From: Cystobasidiomycetes sp. EMM_F5
Lineage: Eukaryota
Assembly: GCA_051047955.1 (NCBI GenBank)
Contig: JBPGPT010000011.1
Coordinates: forward strand, 310,001 to 374,000
Length of the DNA stretch: 64,000 bases
Reading direction: 5' to 3'
In this document: positions 13,654 to 27,717 of the stretch, piece after piece
Numbering within the stretch: position 1 is the stretch's first letter
Layout of the letters: every line of letters begins with the position of its first letter
Translations under genes and position numbers: made by a program
The notes under the pieces: model-generated
Told to the model about the DNA's origin: nothing
Databases searched by the model: none
The model's input: only the letters and a program-made list of their open reading frames with translations

Positions 13654-15180
13654 CTAGCTCGTGTACCACCACTGAATCTGTCTGATGCCGTGCGTTTGGT
13701 ACTGCTTGTCGAGCGCCGACATGGCACCGACTGATAGATCGATACTCGAGTCTGTCTCGCAGCTCGGGCATAGGTCCTGTATGTATCTTCAATCAGCTTC
13801 TTTTCGCCATAAAATTCTACACAGCAATCAAAGTCGCTTACAGCAACAGTAGCCGTCACGCTAGTTCCGTCTTGTGTATTGTAGATTTGTACCGTCTTTC
13901 CGCAGTTCTTGCCGTTATCCCACTTGGCGGTAGGCAACGCAATAATGTACGCAGAGTCTGGGTTGACTTTACCGCACGCTCCTGCATTATTGTTTTGTGT
14001 ATACTTTCGGAAGGTTAGCTTTGGTCTGCATTATAGGCTGATATCGGCTCACGAATGTAGCTATGCCAGAATACTTTGTCCCGCTTGACGATCCAGTCGA
14101 AGCTGGTTGAGCAGAGGAAGCGGCGGATGAGGTCATCTTTGGTGCAGATGAGGAAGACTTTGCTGCAGTGTTGGCATTGGTATTCACATTCGCATTGAAT
14201 TGTACCGCCGCGGCTTTTACAGAGACTGAAACGGCCGGGGCAGATGAGGAAGAGGTACCGCTTGACGAGGATGTGGCAGTGCTAGAGTCCTCGTCGCAGT
14301 CTTCGGTATCGTCAGAATCATCTTCGTCGTCATCGCAGTCTTCTTCGTCGTCATCGTCGTCTTCCTCGTCTATTTGAGGGTTTTTGTAGTGATCATTCGA
14401 AGAGTCAACAACGGGAAAGCCAAAACAGAGCACAAATAAATATCTCAGCATCTCCTTATATTTGGGTAGAGGAACAACACTCACCGCAATCGTCATCACT
14501 ACTAGTGGACGTGGTCGTAGAAGACGAAGAGGAGGTACCAGAGCTTGACGAGCCCGATGATGCTGAGGAGGAGGAGGAAGAAGATGGAGTACTTGATCCG
14601 CTGGATACTTGCTGAACGTTAGCACTGCTACCAGAGCTGCTGCCGTTGGAATTGGAATTGGACGAGGATGCAGACGAGGAGGAAGCGGAACTTGAAGAAT
14701 CTGAGGTGGACTTGTCGGAGCTTGCAGAGGACTTGGGAGTAAAGACTGGCGCAGCTGCAGAGGAGCTCGACGATGCTTGATTGTAACCTTGCTTGCCATT
14801 GTGTTTCGGCGCGTCATTATCGCGCTGGACCACTATAACCAATATTTTGGCGTCAGCCTGCAAGTGGAAGGGGGATTAACTCTCCACTTACAGCCGACAA
14901 TAGGAGCGGTACCAGCACCCATGATGGGCATTGCACCAAACAACGGCTCTCCCTCTCCACTGCGCTTCGACCGCTTTACCATTTTGGCGTTGCCCTCAGT
15001 CAAGGACGGTACGAGCGGCTGACGCGCAGCGAGTATTGGCTGAGCATTACCTGCAGAGACCTCATCCCGTCTCTGGAGGTGACCCACGTACGGGCTGTGC
15101 GACAGGTCTGCGCTGACTGCGGTAATGGCAGATGCGGCCGACAGCAGGAATGCGGCAGTGGCGGTGGTAGACAACTTCAT
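13654..15180 (-). CDS. Secreted Ser-rich protein with C-terminal RlpA-like double-psi beta-barrel (expansin/barwin-like)
   Basis: Signal peptide MKLSTTATAAFLLSAASAITAVSA; Ser/Asp-rich linker; YSGIATF..., NAGACGK, NCGKTVQIYN...SVTATVA-DLCPSC...IDLS...IQWW. Confidence 0.88.
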
Positions 15181-15792
15181 TTTGTATATCCTTTCGAGAG
15201 TGCGTATGGCTATACGGTGTACTGAATGCTTAAAAAGGGTGTGAACTGATGGATGGTCGCTTGTTTTTGGCGGGGTTTTCTCGTCGAAGGACCTGCTTCG
15301 AGTTTGGGTGACGGGCGAAGATGGGGAGAGCGAGGAGAGTAAACGCCGTCTAGCTCGTCGAGAGTGTGTATAGAGACTGGCGGTTGGTGTGTGTTGGCTG
15401 AAGCCGAGTTGCGATTGCCCTCGTTATTTGTGCCCTAACTAAACCTGAGCGCAGTCGCCCCTTGGAATGTCTGGAGCGTGCCTTTGCGCAGAGTGACGCG
15501 AAGGACGACGCGAAGTCAAAAGAGCAGGGCAGGTTTGTACTGGAGGGTGCGCAGGAGTGTTAATGCAGAGATGGGTGCTATTACAACAGTGGGATAACAT
15601 TTATTACAATCCTTGCAATGCTTGTAATTGCATCACACCTTGTTGCCAGTGCACGGTCCTTCAGGAGGACGATCGAAGCACAACGACAAACACGCAGACA
15701 CTCTGCAAAGCATGGATGCATTGGACAGCAACAGAACACTCGTCAATCAATCAAATGCTACACCTGTAACACAAGCTAATCTGACAACGCCC

Positions 15793-18700
15793 TCAGAATA
15801 GAATCCTGGAAAAGCAGCGAAACAATCGAGTCAGAGCGGTGTACGTATATTCACTCGACGCTACACTCACATGCCTACTTCATCGTCTACTGCCTCGTTC
15901 GGGTCGTCAGGCTGAAGAATACTGTCCTCGTCTTCCGAGCCAACCTCGGCAGGACTGAGGAGCGGGGTGCCGGGAGTGAGCGGAGACAGCAATCCATCCT
16001 CACCAGGTGCATTGCCATTCAGAGTCTCGTCTTGCTGTTGCTGCTGACGCTGTCTCAGGCGCTCCCTCTGCAACTGTCGTCGATGCGCGAGGAGATTTGT
16101 AGCATTAACTTCAAGTGCGGAATGTATTTGCCCGTTTGATGATGGCTCCGTCAACGTGTCCGCCGGGCCATCACGCTGCCTACCGTCTCGATCTGTGTAC
16201 GACGGCCCAGCGATGGGTTCGTTGACCCCTAGGCTGCTAGAAGCAGACAAATTGTGCGATGCCCCGTTCTCTCCGGCCCGATGTGGAGGCGCAGAGACAG
16301 ATAGAGACGGCAGATCATTATGTGCAGCCAAAGCAGCGGCAAGCGCATCCGCGTCAAATGGAGGATCAAATAGCTCGCCACTCGCAGTTGCATCATTGTC
16401 AGGTAGCGCAACAGCTCCAGATGAGCTGACTTCGCCACGATCTTGAATGGTCGTTGGCCCTTCACTTGAGTTGGGTTGAGCAGCAGCGTCTGACAGACCC
16501 GCCGCGCTGATGGATGCTGGTCTGGGAAGGGCCAAAGCCGGAACGGAAGCATCAGAGTCGTTGCCACTTGCATCATTGGTATCTGCTTCTTGCAAACGGC
16601 GTTGCAGTGTTTCAGCTAGAGATTGGGTAATATCTTCTTGTGGCGCGCCGGATGTAACAATGTTTTCCTGTGAGGTAGTTGCACCACCTTGAGATATAGC
16701 CTGTCGAGCAGCAATACTAGCCTGTCGAGCAGCTACCAGTTCGATAATCTTCCTCGTGCGCTTCTCTAGCGCTCGTCTCCGCAGTCTCTCTACTTCCGGA
16801 ATGAGTGTAGCAAAGAAGAGGACCAGACACACGTACATATTCCGTAATGCTCGACGAGGTGTCAGAGGTGGAAGATCATTCGGATCCGAGACTATCGCCT
16901 CGATGCCTGGGGGCCCTGGAAGATCTGCGTCTGCGACCGGCTGTCGAGGAGGACTTGAAGACGAAGCTGGATGTAGAGCATTACTGCGGGAAACGCCCAT
17001 CTCCCTGGCTTCTGCGCCAAGGCCGACTCTAGCAAGACACTGCATCCAATACTTTGGTGAAAGTCTGTTTGCGACTGGTCGATGAGCAGAAGGTCCACGC
17101 CACGCAATCTCGGGTAGACCCAGTGCTCGCTGTCGTTCATTGTATGCAGCCCTTGCCGCTCGTCTCATCTCGCGTTGTGCAGCCTCTCGCTCGCGAGGAT
17201 CGCGAATGACAATCGGAGCATAGAGATCATCGGCATTGTCGAGGACTACTGGCGGATTCATCTGATCTGGCGGAAGGCCCTGCGCGCCAGGCAGTAGACG
17301 AGCATGAGCGGCTCGTAGCTCTTCATGTGCTGCTTGCCGCTGTTGGTCACGGAGTGCGCGACGCTGCGCCTGTGCTTCTTGCTGAGCAGGGGTCAAGTTG
17401 GTATTGGCCTGATTTTGTCGAAGTGGCTGTTGTTGCTGTTGTTGCAGCGCCGCCCGATTTCGCGCTGCTTCTACTGCTCGACGTCGTCTACGGATTGCCA
17501 GCCCTTCCCAAAACACATACATGACAGCCATCCCAATCATGACTGCCAATTTACGATTGGACGCATTTCGACCAAAGATGTAAATCAGGAAACCGAGCTT
17601 GGCTGCCAGAAAAGTGAGCGGTACGAGCAGAGCTAGAATTTGGTCAATGTTGATGACTATTGCGAGTCGAGCGGCTGGCAGGGTATCGCGTGCCATCTGC
17701 GCAGCATTCTGTCCAACAGCGATTCCTCCTAGTCCACCGGGTGGTGGTGCCCCTCCTCCTACGGCTTGTTGCTGGCCTGGCCGTAACGGAGATGGAGGAA
17801 CGAGACGCGCTGCGATCGATTGGGGATCGAACTCTGAGGACATTCTTGAGCGAGTCAAATTGAGCATAAGACTGCAGATGATGCGAATCTGTGTCGCCTT
17901 TTTAAGCTGAATGTACGCTTCTAGTCGTTTCTCCTTTGAGATACTGTACGCCTGTGGGATATGCAGCAAGAAGGGAAATCCATTGATCGAGACAATCTGC
18001 GATGTCGAGTATTCGCCCATGTATGCAGCCTGTTGCTTCAGATGGTTCTCGAAGAACGCAGTGGCCTCCTTGACGGCTGTACTTACGCGACCCGACAGCT
18101 CACAAGCTTCGAGGAGTGCCTCGATCTTTGCTTCGTACTCGTCTGGCTGTGGAGTGCTGTTGACTGCGGCATACAAAGCCTCAAGGTCCTGCTGTTCCAG
18201 AGGTACGCAGTGTGGCCCGCTGCGCTCGCCTTGCACTCTGACAATCTCGGCATAATATCTGTCTGCATGTGCCATCTGTGTCATGAACTCTGTTCGTTGC
18301 GATGCCGAAAGTGACGATAGATGCCGCCTGAAGGCAGCCCAGTCTGCGAAACTCCCTGCTGCATGCAAAGGAAATCCGGCAGAAGACGGAGGCATCTGAT
18401 GAGGTAGGAGTCCAGTAGGACGAGTCTGAGCCGACATTGGGTTGGCGATGCCAGTGTTGACGTCTATCCCTGGCAAGCCGAGTTCGTCGACTGAAGCAGC
18501 GAGGGGCGTCCCGGGTGCGAGTAGGGGCGATGGTCCGGATGTGGTCTGTAAGAATGGAGACGGAGACAGACCTGAAGACAGGGCTGCCAGGCGTTGAGCT
18601 GCCGACGTCGTTGGGTTGGGTGAAGCTGCCGCATCATTCCTCGCGGCCTTCCAGGATCCAGGCAGGACATTCAGATAAAACATGTGGCCGTGCTGAGAGT

Positions 18701-19045
18701 CTGACTGGGGCTGCAGCATACCGTACTCAGTCATCGTGAGCAGTCTACATCATTCCAATGCCCCCTCACCGACTTGTCCTCTGCGACCACATCGCCCACA
18801 GTCTCGATATCCTGCAGCCGCCTGCCCCGCCAGATGAGCGTCTGGCCTGCAGCGTCTGGCCTGCCGGGCATGTCGGCCTCGAGGTGCTGCTTGAGCTCCA
18901 GGACCGTCATGCTGCGTGGGCAGTGCCCGTGGTGCGGAATGGCGGTATGCTCGACCCCAGGCTGGCCGGGGCACCATACCGATACGTGCACAGTGTCATT
19001 GGGGGCAGACTCTGCAGCTGCTGGCGATTCCGAGTCTGCGCTCAT
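15793..19045 (-). CDS. N-terminal ubiquitin-like domain + transmembrane protein (Herp/Usa1-like architecture)
   Basis: Ubl motif TVLELKQHLEADMPGRPDAAGQTLIWRGRRLQDIETVGDV; hydrophobic segments LLVPLTFLAAKLGFLIYIF and VCLVLFFATLIPE; final micro-exon gives ...GMILF*. Confidence 0.7.
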
Positions 19046-19587
19046 CCGGGTTGGCGCATGGTACAGCTGCGTTTATTATCTGAAGGCAATTAATCGACCT
19101 TTACGTCGAATGGTTTGGAAGGACGACTGATTGTGAAGTGCTTACAACGATGGTGCTGGAGCGTAATCAAATGACCGCTTCTTTCCTAATGTTTGAGCTA
19201 ATCAATGGCTTATCCAGACATCCGAAGACCCAAACTCGCCCATCCTCTGAGCCTTCAGATATTCTAAGCTAACCCGCGATTGACTTGGTCCATGGCATTA
19301 ACATTCACTGCATACGGCATCCACGTCGCGCCAACAGAGTAAACACGTCTTTACCTGCTGATGTACCCACTCCGCCACCAGGTTAATAGGTTGTTCCCCT
19401 TTCCGCCGGGCCGACTTCGTGGAAATACCCAAGAGCCTGATGCGAACAAGCAGCGGAGGTCTCAAAGCGAAATTTAGACAGCCTGCGATGGGCTGGCCGA
19501 ATCATCGCACCCTTCTCTTCCTCCGACTGCTCGCCCTTTCCTCGCCCTCGTCCAGCCCCGCATTCTTCATACTCCTGATAACTTGCA

Positions 19588-21355
19588 ATGACGCTCGCTG
19601 CCGCTGTCGATTCTTCGGCTCCTACGACCCACGGGTCTCCACTCTCGAATGCCCTGGCGGCTATAAGCCCACTCACTACTTTGGCTGTCGTTGCACTGGC
19701 AATCGTCGCACTCTACTTTAAGCAACAGAGCGACTTTAATAAACGCAAGGCTGGAGCAAAGACCCTTCCAGGACCCAAAGGCTCCTTCTTTCTGGGCAAC
19801 CTACGCCAATTGCCCGCCGAGAAGCCATGGGAACAGCTGAAGAAATGGGCAGACGAGTATGGTGCGTGCTGCCATTCTCCGACCCTAAACATCGCGCCCA
19901 GCTGATTTAGTGCCTCTTTCAATGACAGGCCCAATCTACCGCATGCGCCTCGGTGTACAAGAAGTCGTCGTCGTCTCCACTGCAGAGATTGCCATTGAGC
20001 TGCTCGACAAGCGCTCCCCCATCTACTCGTCCCGTCCCCAGCAAGTCTTTGCGAATGATCTCGTCTCCCGCGGTCTCCGCCTTACTTTTATGCCATAGTG
20101 AGCAATATAATGAAGGAGTAGTATGCTATGTCTGACGCACTTTGACCGCAGCCATGACCTCTGGCGCACTGAGCGCAAGCTGATTCACAAGCTCACTTCC
20201 CCGCAAGCTTCCTCGACATACGAGCCAATGCAAGAGCTTGAATCGACGCAACTCATGATTGACATGCTCGAACGACCAAAGGCATTTTGGGGACACTGCC
20301 AGCGATACGCAGGAAGTCTCATTATGCAGATTGCCTTCAACAAGCGTGCAAATCGCAATACCGACCCAGCCGTAGCAGATATGCGCGCTATCCTGGAAGA
20401 CTTGACCGCCGCTGCCGTGCCAGGAAAGAAGATTGTAGACTCGTTGCCCTTCCTCAATAACCTACCCGGTCCTCTTGCACCTTGGAAAGCGGAAGCCGAG
20501 CGCATCTTTTCCAGACAAAACGAACTCTTCAGCGGTCATATGAATGACGTCAAGCAGCAGATGGCGTCTGGACAGGATGCTCACTGCTTTGTCAAGTATC
20601 TCGTAGAAGGTCAAAAGGAATCTGGTGTCACCGATCAGCAAATAGCCTTTCTCGCGGGCGTCATGTATGGTGCCGGATCCGACACGACTTCCGATGCTAT
20701 CGCTACCTTTATCATGACTATGCTCAATCACCCTGAGGAGCAGCGCAAGGCTCAAGAAGAGCTCGATCGCGTTGTTGGAAGAGACAGAATGCCTACTTTC
20801 CAAGATCAAGATGATTTGCCATACATTTCGGCCATTGTAAAGGAAGTTCAAAGATGGCGACCAGTCATTGCCGGTGGTCTGGCTCATGCCACTACAAAGG
20901 ACGATACCGTCATGGGCAACTATTTCATTCCAGCCGGAACAACAATCATTCCCAACGCGTATGCGATCCATCGCGATCCCGAGCTGTACCCAGAACCCGA
21001 AAAGTTCAAGCCAGAGCGTTTCATCGACTCTAGCGGTAAGGTGGTCGGCAATAAATTTGCAGAGCGCGGTCACTTTGGTTTCGGATATGGGCGCAGAATC
21101 TGCCCTGGAATGTACATTGCAGAGCGATCTCTGTTCATCGTCTTCTCGAGAATGCTGTGGGGCTTCACAATCTCGCCTGCAAAGGACACGAGCGGCAAAG
21201 ACATCAAAGTCGACAGTAACGCCTATACTACCGGATTCTCCTCCCATCCCAAGAAGTTCTTGTGTACGATCACCCCTCGAGACAAGGAGGTTGAGCATAT
21301 CGTACGGAATCAGGCGGAAACCTACCATCTACCGGTCAGCAAGTCAGAGGCGTGA
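19588..21355 (+). CDS. Cytochrome P450 monooxygenase
   Basis: N-terminal TM anchor, LPGPKG, AGSDTT (I-helix), EVQR (ExxR), PERF, FGFGYGRRICPG heme motif; 3 exons. Confidence 0.96.
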
Positions 21356-21787
21356 AGGGAATAAGGAAGCTCAATGTTACAGTAGCAATGTGTGAATAGG
21401 CATATCGATTGGGGCTGAAACTATAGCGATTTATAAGCGTTCAGTATTCAAGTCATGTACATGAAACCTCCATAGCAGAGTAACGGGTAAAAGACGAGTT
21501 AATCGCGAGTGCGATTTTGTCAGTACTGTGCATCGTAGCGCGCATTAGACCGTTAAGTGCCCCGGATGCTCCAATCCGCGGCCATTTCAGCATTCTCTGT
21601 TCTGAGTCTACATGCAACTGCCGGCGGTCGCATGAGCATCGTAGCAGAGAACAACGAACAACTGACTAAAGATACAGATCGCACGGACTTGACGGCCGTC
21701 GAGATTGGCGTAGAGCTGTTTATGCGAATTATGCTGAAACGACAATTGCGAGAGCATGCGAGGGAATGCCGATGTTGATGTTGAGAA

Positions 21788-24643
21788 TTATTGGCGGTAA
21801 GACACGTTTTGAGGAAGGTTGCTGGGCATAGGGGCCATTCCGAGCTGGGCAATTTGGGGCAGAATGGCTGCTGCGCCATACCATCCTGGAACGCCTGGAA
21901 CACCGCTATTAGAGAAGGCAGAGTAGGCAGGTAGCAATGTCCCATCGGCAGGCTGGTAGCCGTAATAGCTGCTGGGCATGACCATCGAATACTGCGTTGA
22001 GTACAAGCCGGAGCGGATGTCGGTGGGAGAGCTATTGGCAGATCGTGGAAAGTAGATTTGGCGACCCGGTTGATCGAATGTACCCCCGCTGTAGGTGTCG
22101 GTTCTCCCGGATGGAGCGGTCTGAGGTGCTACACCGCTCTGATATTGAGGAACTGTCAAATGCATCTGAGGAGGAGGAGTGTACTGCAATCGTGCAGCAG
22201 ATGTAGAAGGTAGCGTCGATGAATGCGCCGACAGCCGATGCATTGGTACGGGCTGTATCTGACGAGGAGCTTGCCGGACGGTGCGCTGGTCAACTGGGGA
22301 ATGCGACAGGGCTACCCTCATGCCCGGTGCCAAGTGCTGCGGTGGGTGTAACGCAGTATTCTCCAAGTCATACACACTTGCATGGCTCGCCTGTAATCTG
22401 CATGGTAGCGGTGCGTACTGGCGCATATCGTATGGTATGACAGCAGCGTGCGTCATGTTCGCGGGAATTACGTTGCGAACAGCGACTGGCTGGTACGTCA
22501 GATGACCGCCACCAGGTTGTCCAGCAGCGAGCTCATAGTACGCGAGACTCTCTGGTAGATTCTGACGTGCTTGCCCATCGACTGGCGCATAATAGCTTGT
22601 CAGTGATGGAAACTCCGCACCCGATTGATCAAAACCGCTGCTCTGGGCTGCAGCGGTGCGCACGCCGCTATCAGTTGCAAAAGCAAATGTAGGCCCTGCT
22701 GCGGCTTCGTACTGTGGTCTTGTCACATTCGGCGCAAGCAGCACAGCTCCAGATGATGATGTCGGCCGACCTGATGGCACATACGTGTGAGGCTGGCTGA
22801 ATTGCGACGGTCCAGGAGCACCCAACGTCTGTTGTGTGCCAGATGCCCTTCGCTTGCGACTACCGTCAACAGTCTCTGAAAAGGCAGGTACTGGCGCGGC
22901 GACTCGCGGAAAGGCAGGGCATTGCGGGGCAGGGAAAAAGTATTCCCCGGTTTGTAACGCTGACACATCTCGGGCTGGACTGGTAGGCGCGGAGGGTGTG
23001 ATAGAAGCCTGTGGTATATCGAATCGGGCCTTCTTGCGCAGCGGAGTGCCTTTATTTGCCCTTCTAGGTTCGGGTCGCTCTAAGAATGCCAGCCATCTGT
23101 CCAATACAAAACGGGTCTCAGCGTATGTAACGACAAAATATGTGCTAGCGTACGAGTTATACATCGTCTGCGAAACGTGAAGGTTGAAATTTAAACCGGC
23201 CAAAAATTCCATTTCGCCGGCAGTGAGCGAAGCTAGTGGCAAGCCCGACACGTCAGACCATGTTCGATTGGTGTAGGTATGGTCGTCCAGAATCTTGTTT
23301 GCCAGCATAAGACCAGTCTAGGCAGGCCAATCATTCAGCCTGTGTTAGTCAGTGAGCGAGCATTAACAACTCACTATTGTCAATTTGTATTCTGAGCCGG
23401 CATCTGGCACTATTCCATGCTTGGCTTGCAATTTCCAAACAAAGTACAGAGCTAGAACGACGACACTTTGCGATACTTGGGCTAATCAAATGTCTCAGCT
23501 TAGATGGATAAAGGAGAGCGCCTATTACGCACTAGTCACCAGAACGTCATTACAGAACCGTGTGAAAGACGACGAAGGCTTCGGAAAATTAACACTTGCC
23601 GACCTTCGAGTATGCTTGGGAGGGGAGAACCAGAGGTACACCACCATTTCTGCCAAATACGTTGCGAGCTGAGACACTCCAATTTGTGCCGGTGCCATAA
23701 GTGTCGACGGCACCGACACCTCCGGTGCTGAGACTGGCAGTACTCCCTGATGTGCAACGGCCTGTGCATCCGGCATGCTGTTGTGAACCGCGTCGTCTAC
23801 CACGCCATAGGTGCGAGACTGGTTCACAAAGGCGGCTGGCCAAAGACCAGCAGATTGCACATCTGTGGACTGCTCTGGTGGATAGCCAGCGCTTGGACGC
23901 AGGGTGCTGGTGTTGGAGTAAAAATGGTCCTTGGAAGCGTCTGTTGCTGGGGGTGGTGATTCTGATGATGACGCGGTTTCACGACCCTCACCGTAGCTCC
24001 GGGTAGAGGTGCCCACGGATGGAGAGAAAAGGTGTGAAGCTGTCGACGAGATTGACGATCTTGATGGGAAAGAGTCGGGGACGGTCATATTGTACACAGC
24101 AACGTCGCGCTGGTAAAAAGGCATGCTGTTGGCATTATGGTCATAGCCGGGGGTAGAGTACGCTGTATGTAAGAACGGAGCGATATCTGCTGCCTCGCGA
24201 GTTGCTTGACGCGGTTCTGTGCGCAAAGTGAATGGCGGTTCCAGCACTGACGAGGAAAAAGGTGCTGGAGGATTTGGATGAGCAGTTTCTTCCGACCCAT
24301 CACTGTATGATCCAGCGTAATACGGCACTGTTGCAGTGTTTGTCTGACTGGTCGTTTCCCTGCTGGTACTCGCAGCAGGAGAAATCAGACTGGCCAACGT
24401 CAACGCGACGCCACGCTGCTCTGGGTCCTGCGACATCGGCGATAACGGTAGGACAGATTGTGAGTGATCCGTCAAGCAATGTAGATGGCCTGCAAGGTGT
24501 GAACAACCAAGACTGGGACCAGTGTCGTACCGGTAGTCGTACACTGCGCCAGCTGAGCTGAGGGAGGACTTTGCTAGAGGTGCTGCAACATTCGCCACCG
24601 AAACCAGAAAATGCGTATTGTCGAAAGCTGAGGCCGCTGGCAT
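21788..24643 (-). CDS. Pho85-type cyclin (Clg1/Pcl-like) with long disordered flanks
   Basis: Cyclin box across 3 exons: FTRFCNDVLVTTQVSQSVVVLALYFVWKL...SEYKLTITGLMLANKILDDHTYTNRTWSDVSGLP...EMEFL. Confidence 0.88.
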
Positions 24644-27600
24644 ACGAAAAGAGACCTGGCAGAGTATCTGAGGTAAGCTAGTCCCGACAGGGTGTGAGGG
24701 GATGTTGAATCTTCAGATTCCTAGGCGTTTTCTCAGGACTCGGACAGGAGGATGTAAGGGCGAGGGTGAAGTGGGAAAGTGCATTCGGCAACCGAATTGC
24801 TTTGTAGGATGTGTGAAGGAGAGTGGTCGGACTGGGTCCCGCTTCTAGCGAAATTGGCAATTTTCTAGTAATTTTCTGGTCGTCTCAGACTAGGTCGGAC
24901 CTCGTCGTATAATCGGGACCGGCAGAGTCGGCTTGGTTGGTAACCAGTGCTGCGTCGTAGTCCGAATGCGGAGGAACTGCAGTACCCTCAGGTTCTTGCC
25001 AAATGCTACGGTAAGGTAGAGTGCCGTCTTGTCGTTGCAGGAGACCTTCTCGGGAAGGCGTTAGCCACTTGTTCTCGAGACGTGGCACTGGTTCAGTTTG
25101 CACGCACAGTCCACACGCACGCTTTCTGCTTTTACTCGATTATTGATTTGCCGTAGGTTTTATTACGTGGGCGGCCAGCGCTGTCGTGAGAATTTGAACT
25201 GATTTCGTAATGAAACGCCTCGTCTGAGACCAGATGAGTGAAGACCGGTGCAAGGTTTCGCGCTAGACGGCAGTTATTAGGGCTCGAGGCAGGCTCCGTC
25301 TGACTCCGTGTCCCTCTTTTGTCACACAGTTGCTGATGCAGCTTACAGCCCCTCTTCTAGATCTGCTGAGAATCCGCCCTGAGCGAAGCAAGCAAAGCCG
25401 CCGGCAAAGTGCAGAGACAGAGGCCATAGCGTGGGTTTCCGGAATTCACACCATGTTTGGATTTCCCACCCCGTCAAACATGAGCCGTTGATTTGAGCAA
25501 GCACAGCGTCGTTGCGAGGCGGCCCAGTTGGGGGTTTCAGATTCGCCGTGTCGACAGGTGTGTGGGCGTCAGAATGTTGAACAACATGGTCAGCACGGTT
25601 CCATCTTCCGAGCGCTTCCGTTGCGGATCCGTGCAGCCATTGTTGGGCAGAAGAAGCTCGTGTCTCACAGAACATGGAGACTACGAGAAATTCGAAAATA
25701 GGGGTATCATAACTGACAGCTCACCTTGCAAGCAGTGGAAGTGTAGACAGTGAGTTCGACGGTCGCATAGGCACTCGAAATATCCACAAGCTTGTAATTG
25801 ACGTTCGCCTTCCTCCCTTTCGCCTTTCTTTTCGCTCTATAGCGATTGCGCTCTTGGCTTTTGTCCGAGCTCTTCTGGACCCAAAGTGTCCTGTGAGGCT
25901 TAGCAGTGACGGAGGCTTGTATCGCTTCAAGTCATTCTGGTCGTACGTTCGTGTTCCGCCAGGATTCCGCTTGCCAGTAGACTCCAGGCAGGTTGTCACT
26001 CTTGGCTGACCGGCTGATGCAAGACCGAGATCTTCTGGCAGAAGAGTGATGCCGATTAACAATCAACAGGGAAGTTGGACCTGCGCCGACTGTTGCGACT
26101 CTTCAGAGTTGTGGTGTGGGTTTATTTCGATACGTGCCGTACGTCAAAGCATGAGTGTGCTCATGACACCCCTTCACGTTGAGTACGCTCTACCACATCC
26201 CTACCACATCCCTGCCGCAGCTATACCCGCTAACAAATGTTTGGCTCGTCATGCCGCCTGGATCCTGATTGATTTAGCTATTGCGGTGAAATCGGAGACA
26301 AAGTGCCTGATCATTTTTGAATGCAGCCCCTGGACGACCCGCAAGTGCATTTGCCTTTTCACGACATCATGCGTGTGCCCCATAGAAATGCAGCTGATTC
26401 CATGCGGAACCCAAGCCTTCATCGCCGTGTGCATAACCATATCTCTACCGTGACGCGACGCCTCACTGCATCTCGCTGCAAAAAATTCTGGACGCGTCTT
26501 TTGACTAGGTTTCGCAGACCTTGATTTCGGATAGTAGCGGAGCCTGCAGTGGTTTAGGGCTCTTCCCGCAGCTGCATGTCCAACGAATGATCTTCGACAG
26601 GGCGCTTCCCGCAAGTAGGTAAGCTACGCTTCTCTAAGAAGTCCCAGCAGGCGACCCAGATGAGGAGTCGTGTCCTACTTGTACACGCGTTAGAGCGCGT
26701 CTCGTGTTTATTGTTCGCGCCACTAGTTAAGTTAAAGCCGAAAGGATGGAATGCGGCGACGCGACAGCGCATGGCGCAGCCCATCCAACCTATGATTGTC
26801 AACGATATAACTTCCACGAACACGACGCAGACAATCTTCATCGCAAGCTTCCACGCCAAACCTACTGATGGAGAAAGTCATCCAGACTTGCCGTCCACTA
26901 ACGTTAGCGTGCCGATTTTTCTGGCTCAAACCGTACTAAAGCGCTGCAATTCAGACATATGCAGACTCGAAGAAACAATAACCACCGCCAGCAAGCCATT
27001 ATTGTACAGCGAGTCTTCACATGCAGGTATCACTGCGCGACGACCAATTATGCTGAACTTCCTCGTCACCGTCCAGCCAGCAGCTTAGCCTCAAAAATTC
27101 GGTGCGAGAATGTCATCAACTCGAGGAACACTCAATAGCTTTTGGCGGCGGTTCACCTTCCGACTCGTCCCAACAAGGGTATCGACTTTCGAGACTTATG
27201 TGTATGCGGCAGCGTCCTGCCATATTTCGTTATGTCGAATTGCCAGCAGAGGCGCGCTGACCTCTCTTGCGTGAGAGTTGCAGCCATCAAACCTCAGATG
27301 TTCGGCCACTTATTTGGACTCATACCTTGTCGCTGAGTTTCTTGCTTCTCCTTGCGCGTTGCGGGGCCATGGTCGGGCGTTGCCATCCAGTCGGCTTCCA
27401 GTCGGCTTCTCCGCAGTGACCGAAAGAAGCCGACTACAAGTAGCCGTTTCTCAGGAAATTTGCAAAACAGGCGTAACACCAGTCTGTCGTAGGGGATACG
27501 CACGGCCGAGCCTGCCTGCATGGGGCGCCGCGCGTCCTAACAACGGGGTTATGCATACTCAGACCTAAAAATATACTGACTGCAACGGCTCCCATCATAT

Positions 27601-27717
27601 CAGCCAGACTTCCTTAGAATCACACATCGCTTGCTTCCGAATGCTTACAGCTCTTCCCTGCCTGCGTTCGTCGCTGTACCAACCTTACCTGTCTCTCAAT
27701 CCTCCACACGTACTGCG

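Noticed and set aside
20462..21328. 288-aa antisense ORF over the P450, and many similar shadow ORFs
   Set aside because: Antisense to well-supported genes with no motifs; expected by-product of codon usage.
19588..21355. P450 as part of a secondary-metabolite cluster
   Set aside because: No PKS, NRPS, terpene synthase or transporter nearby; neighbours are housekeeping genes.
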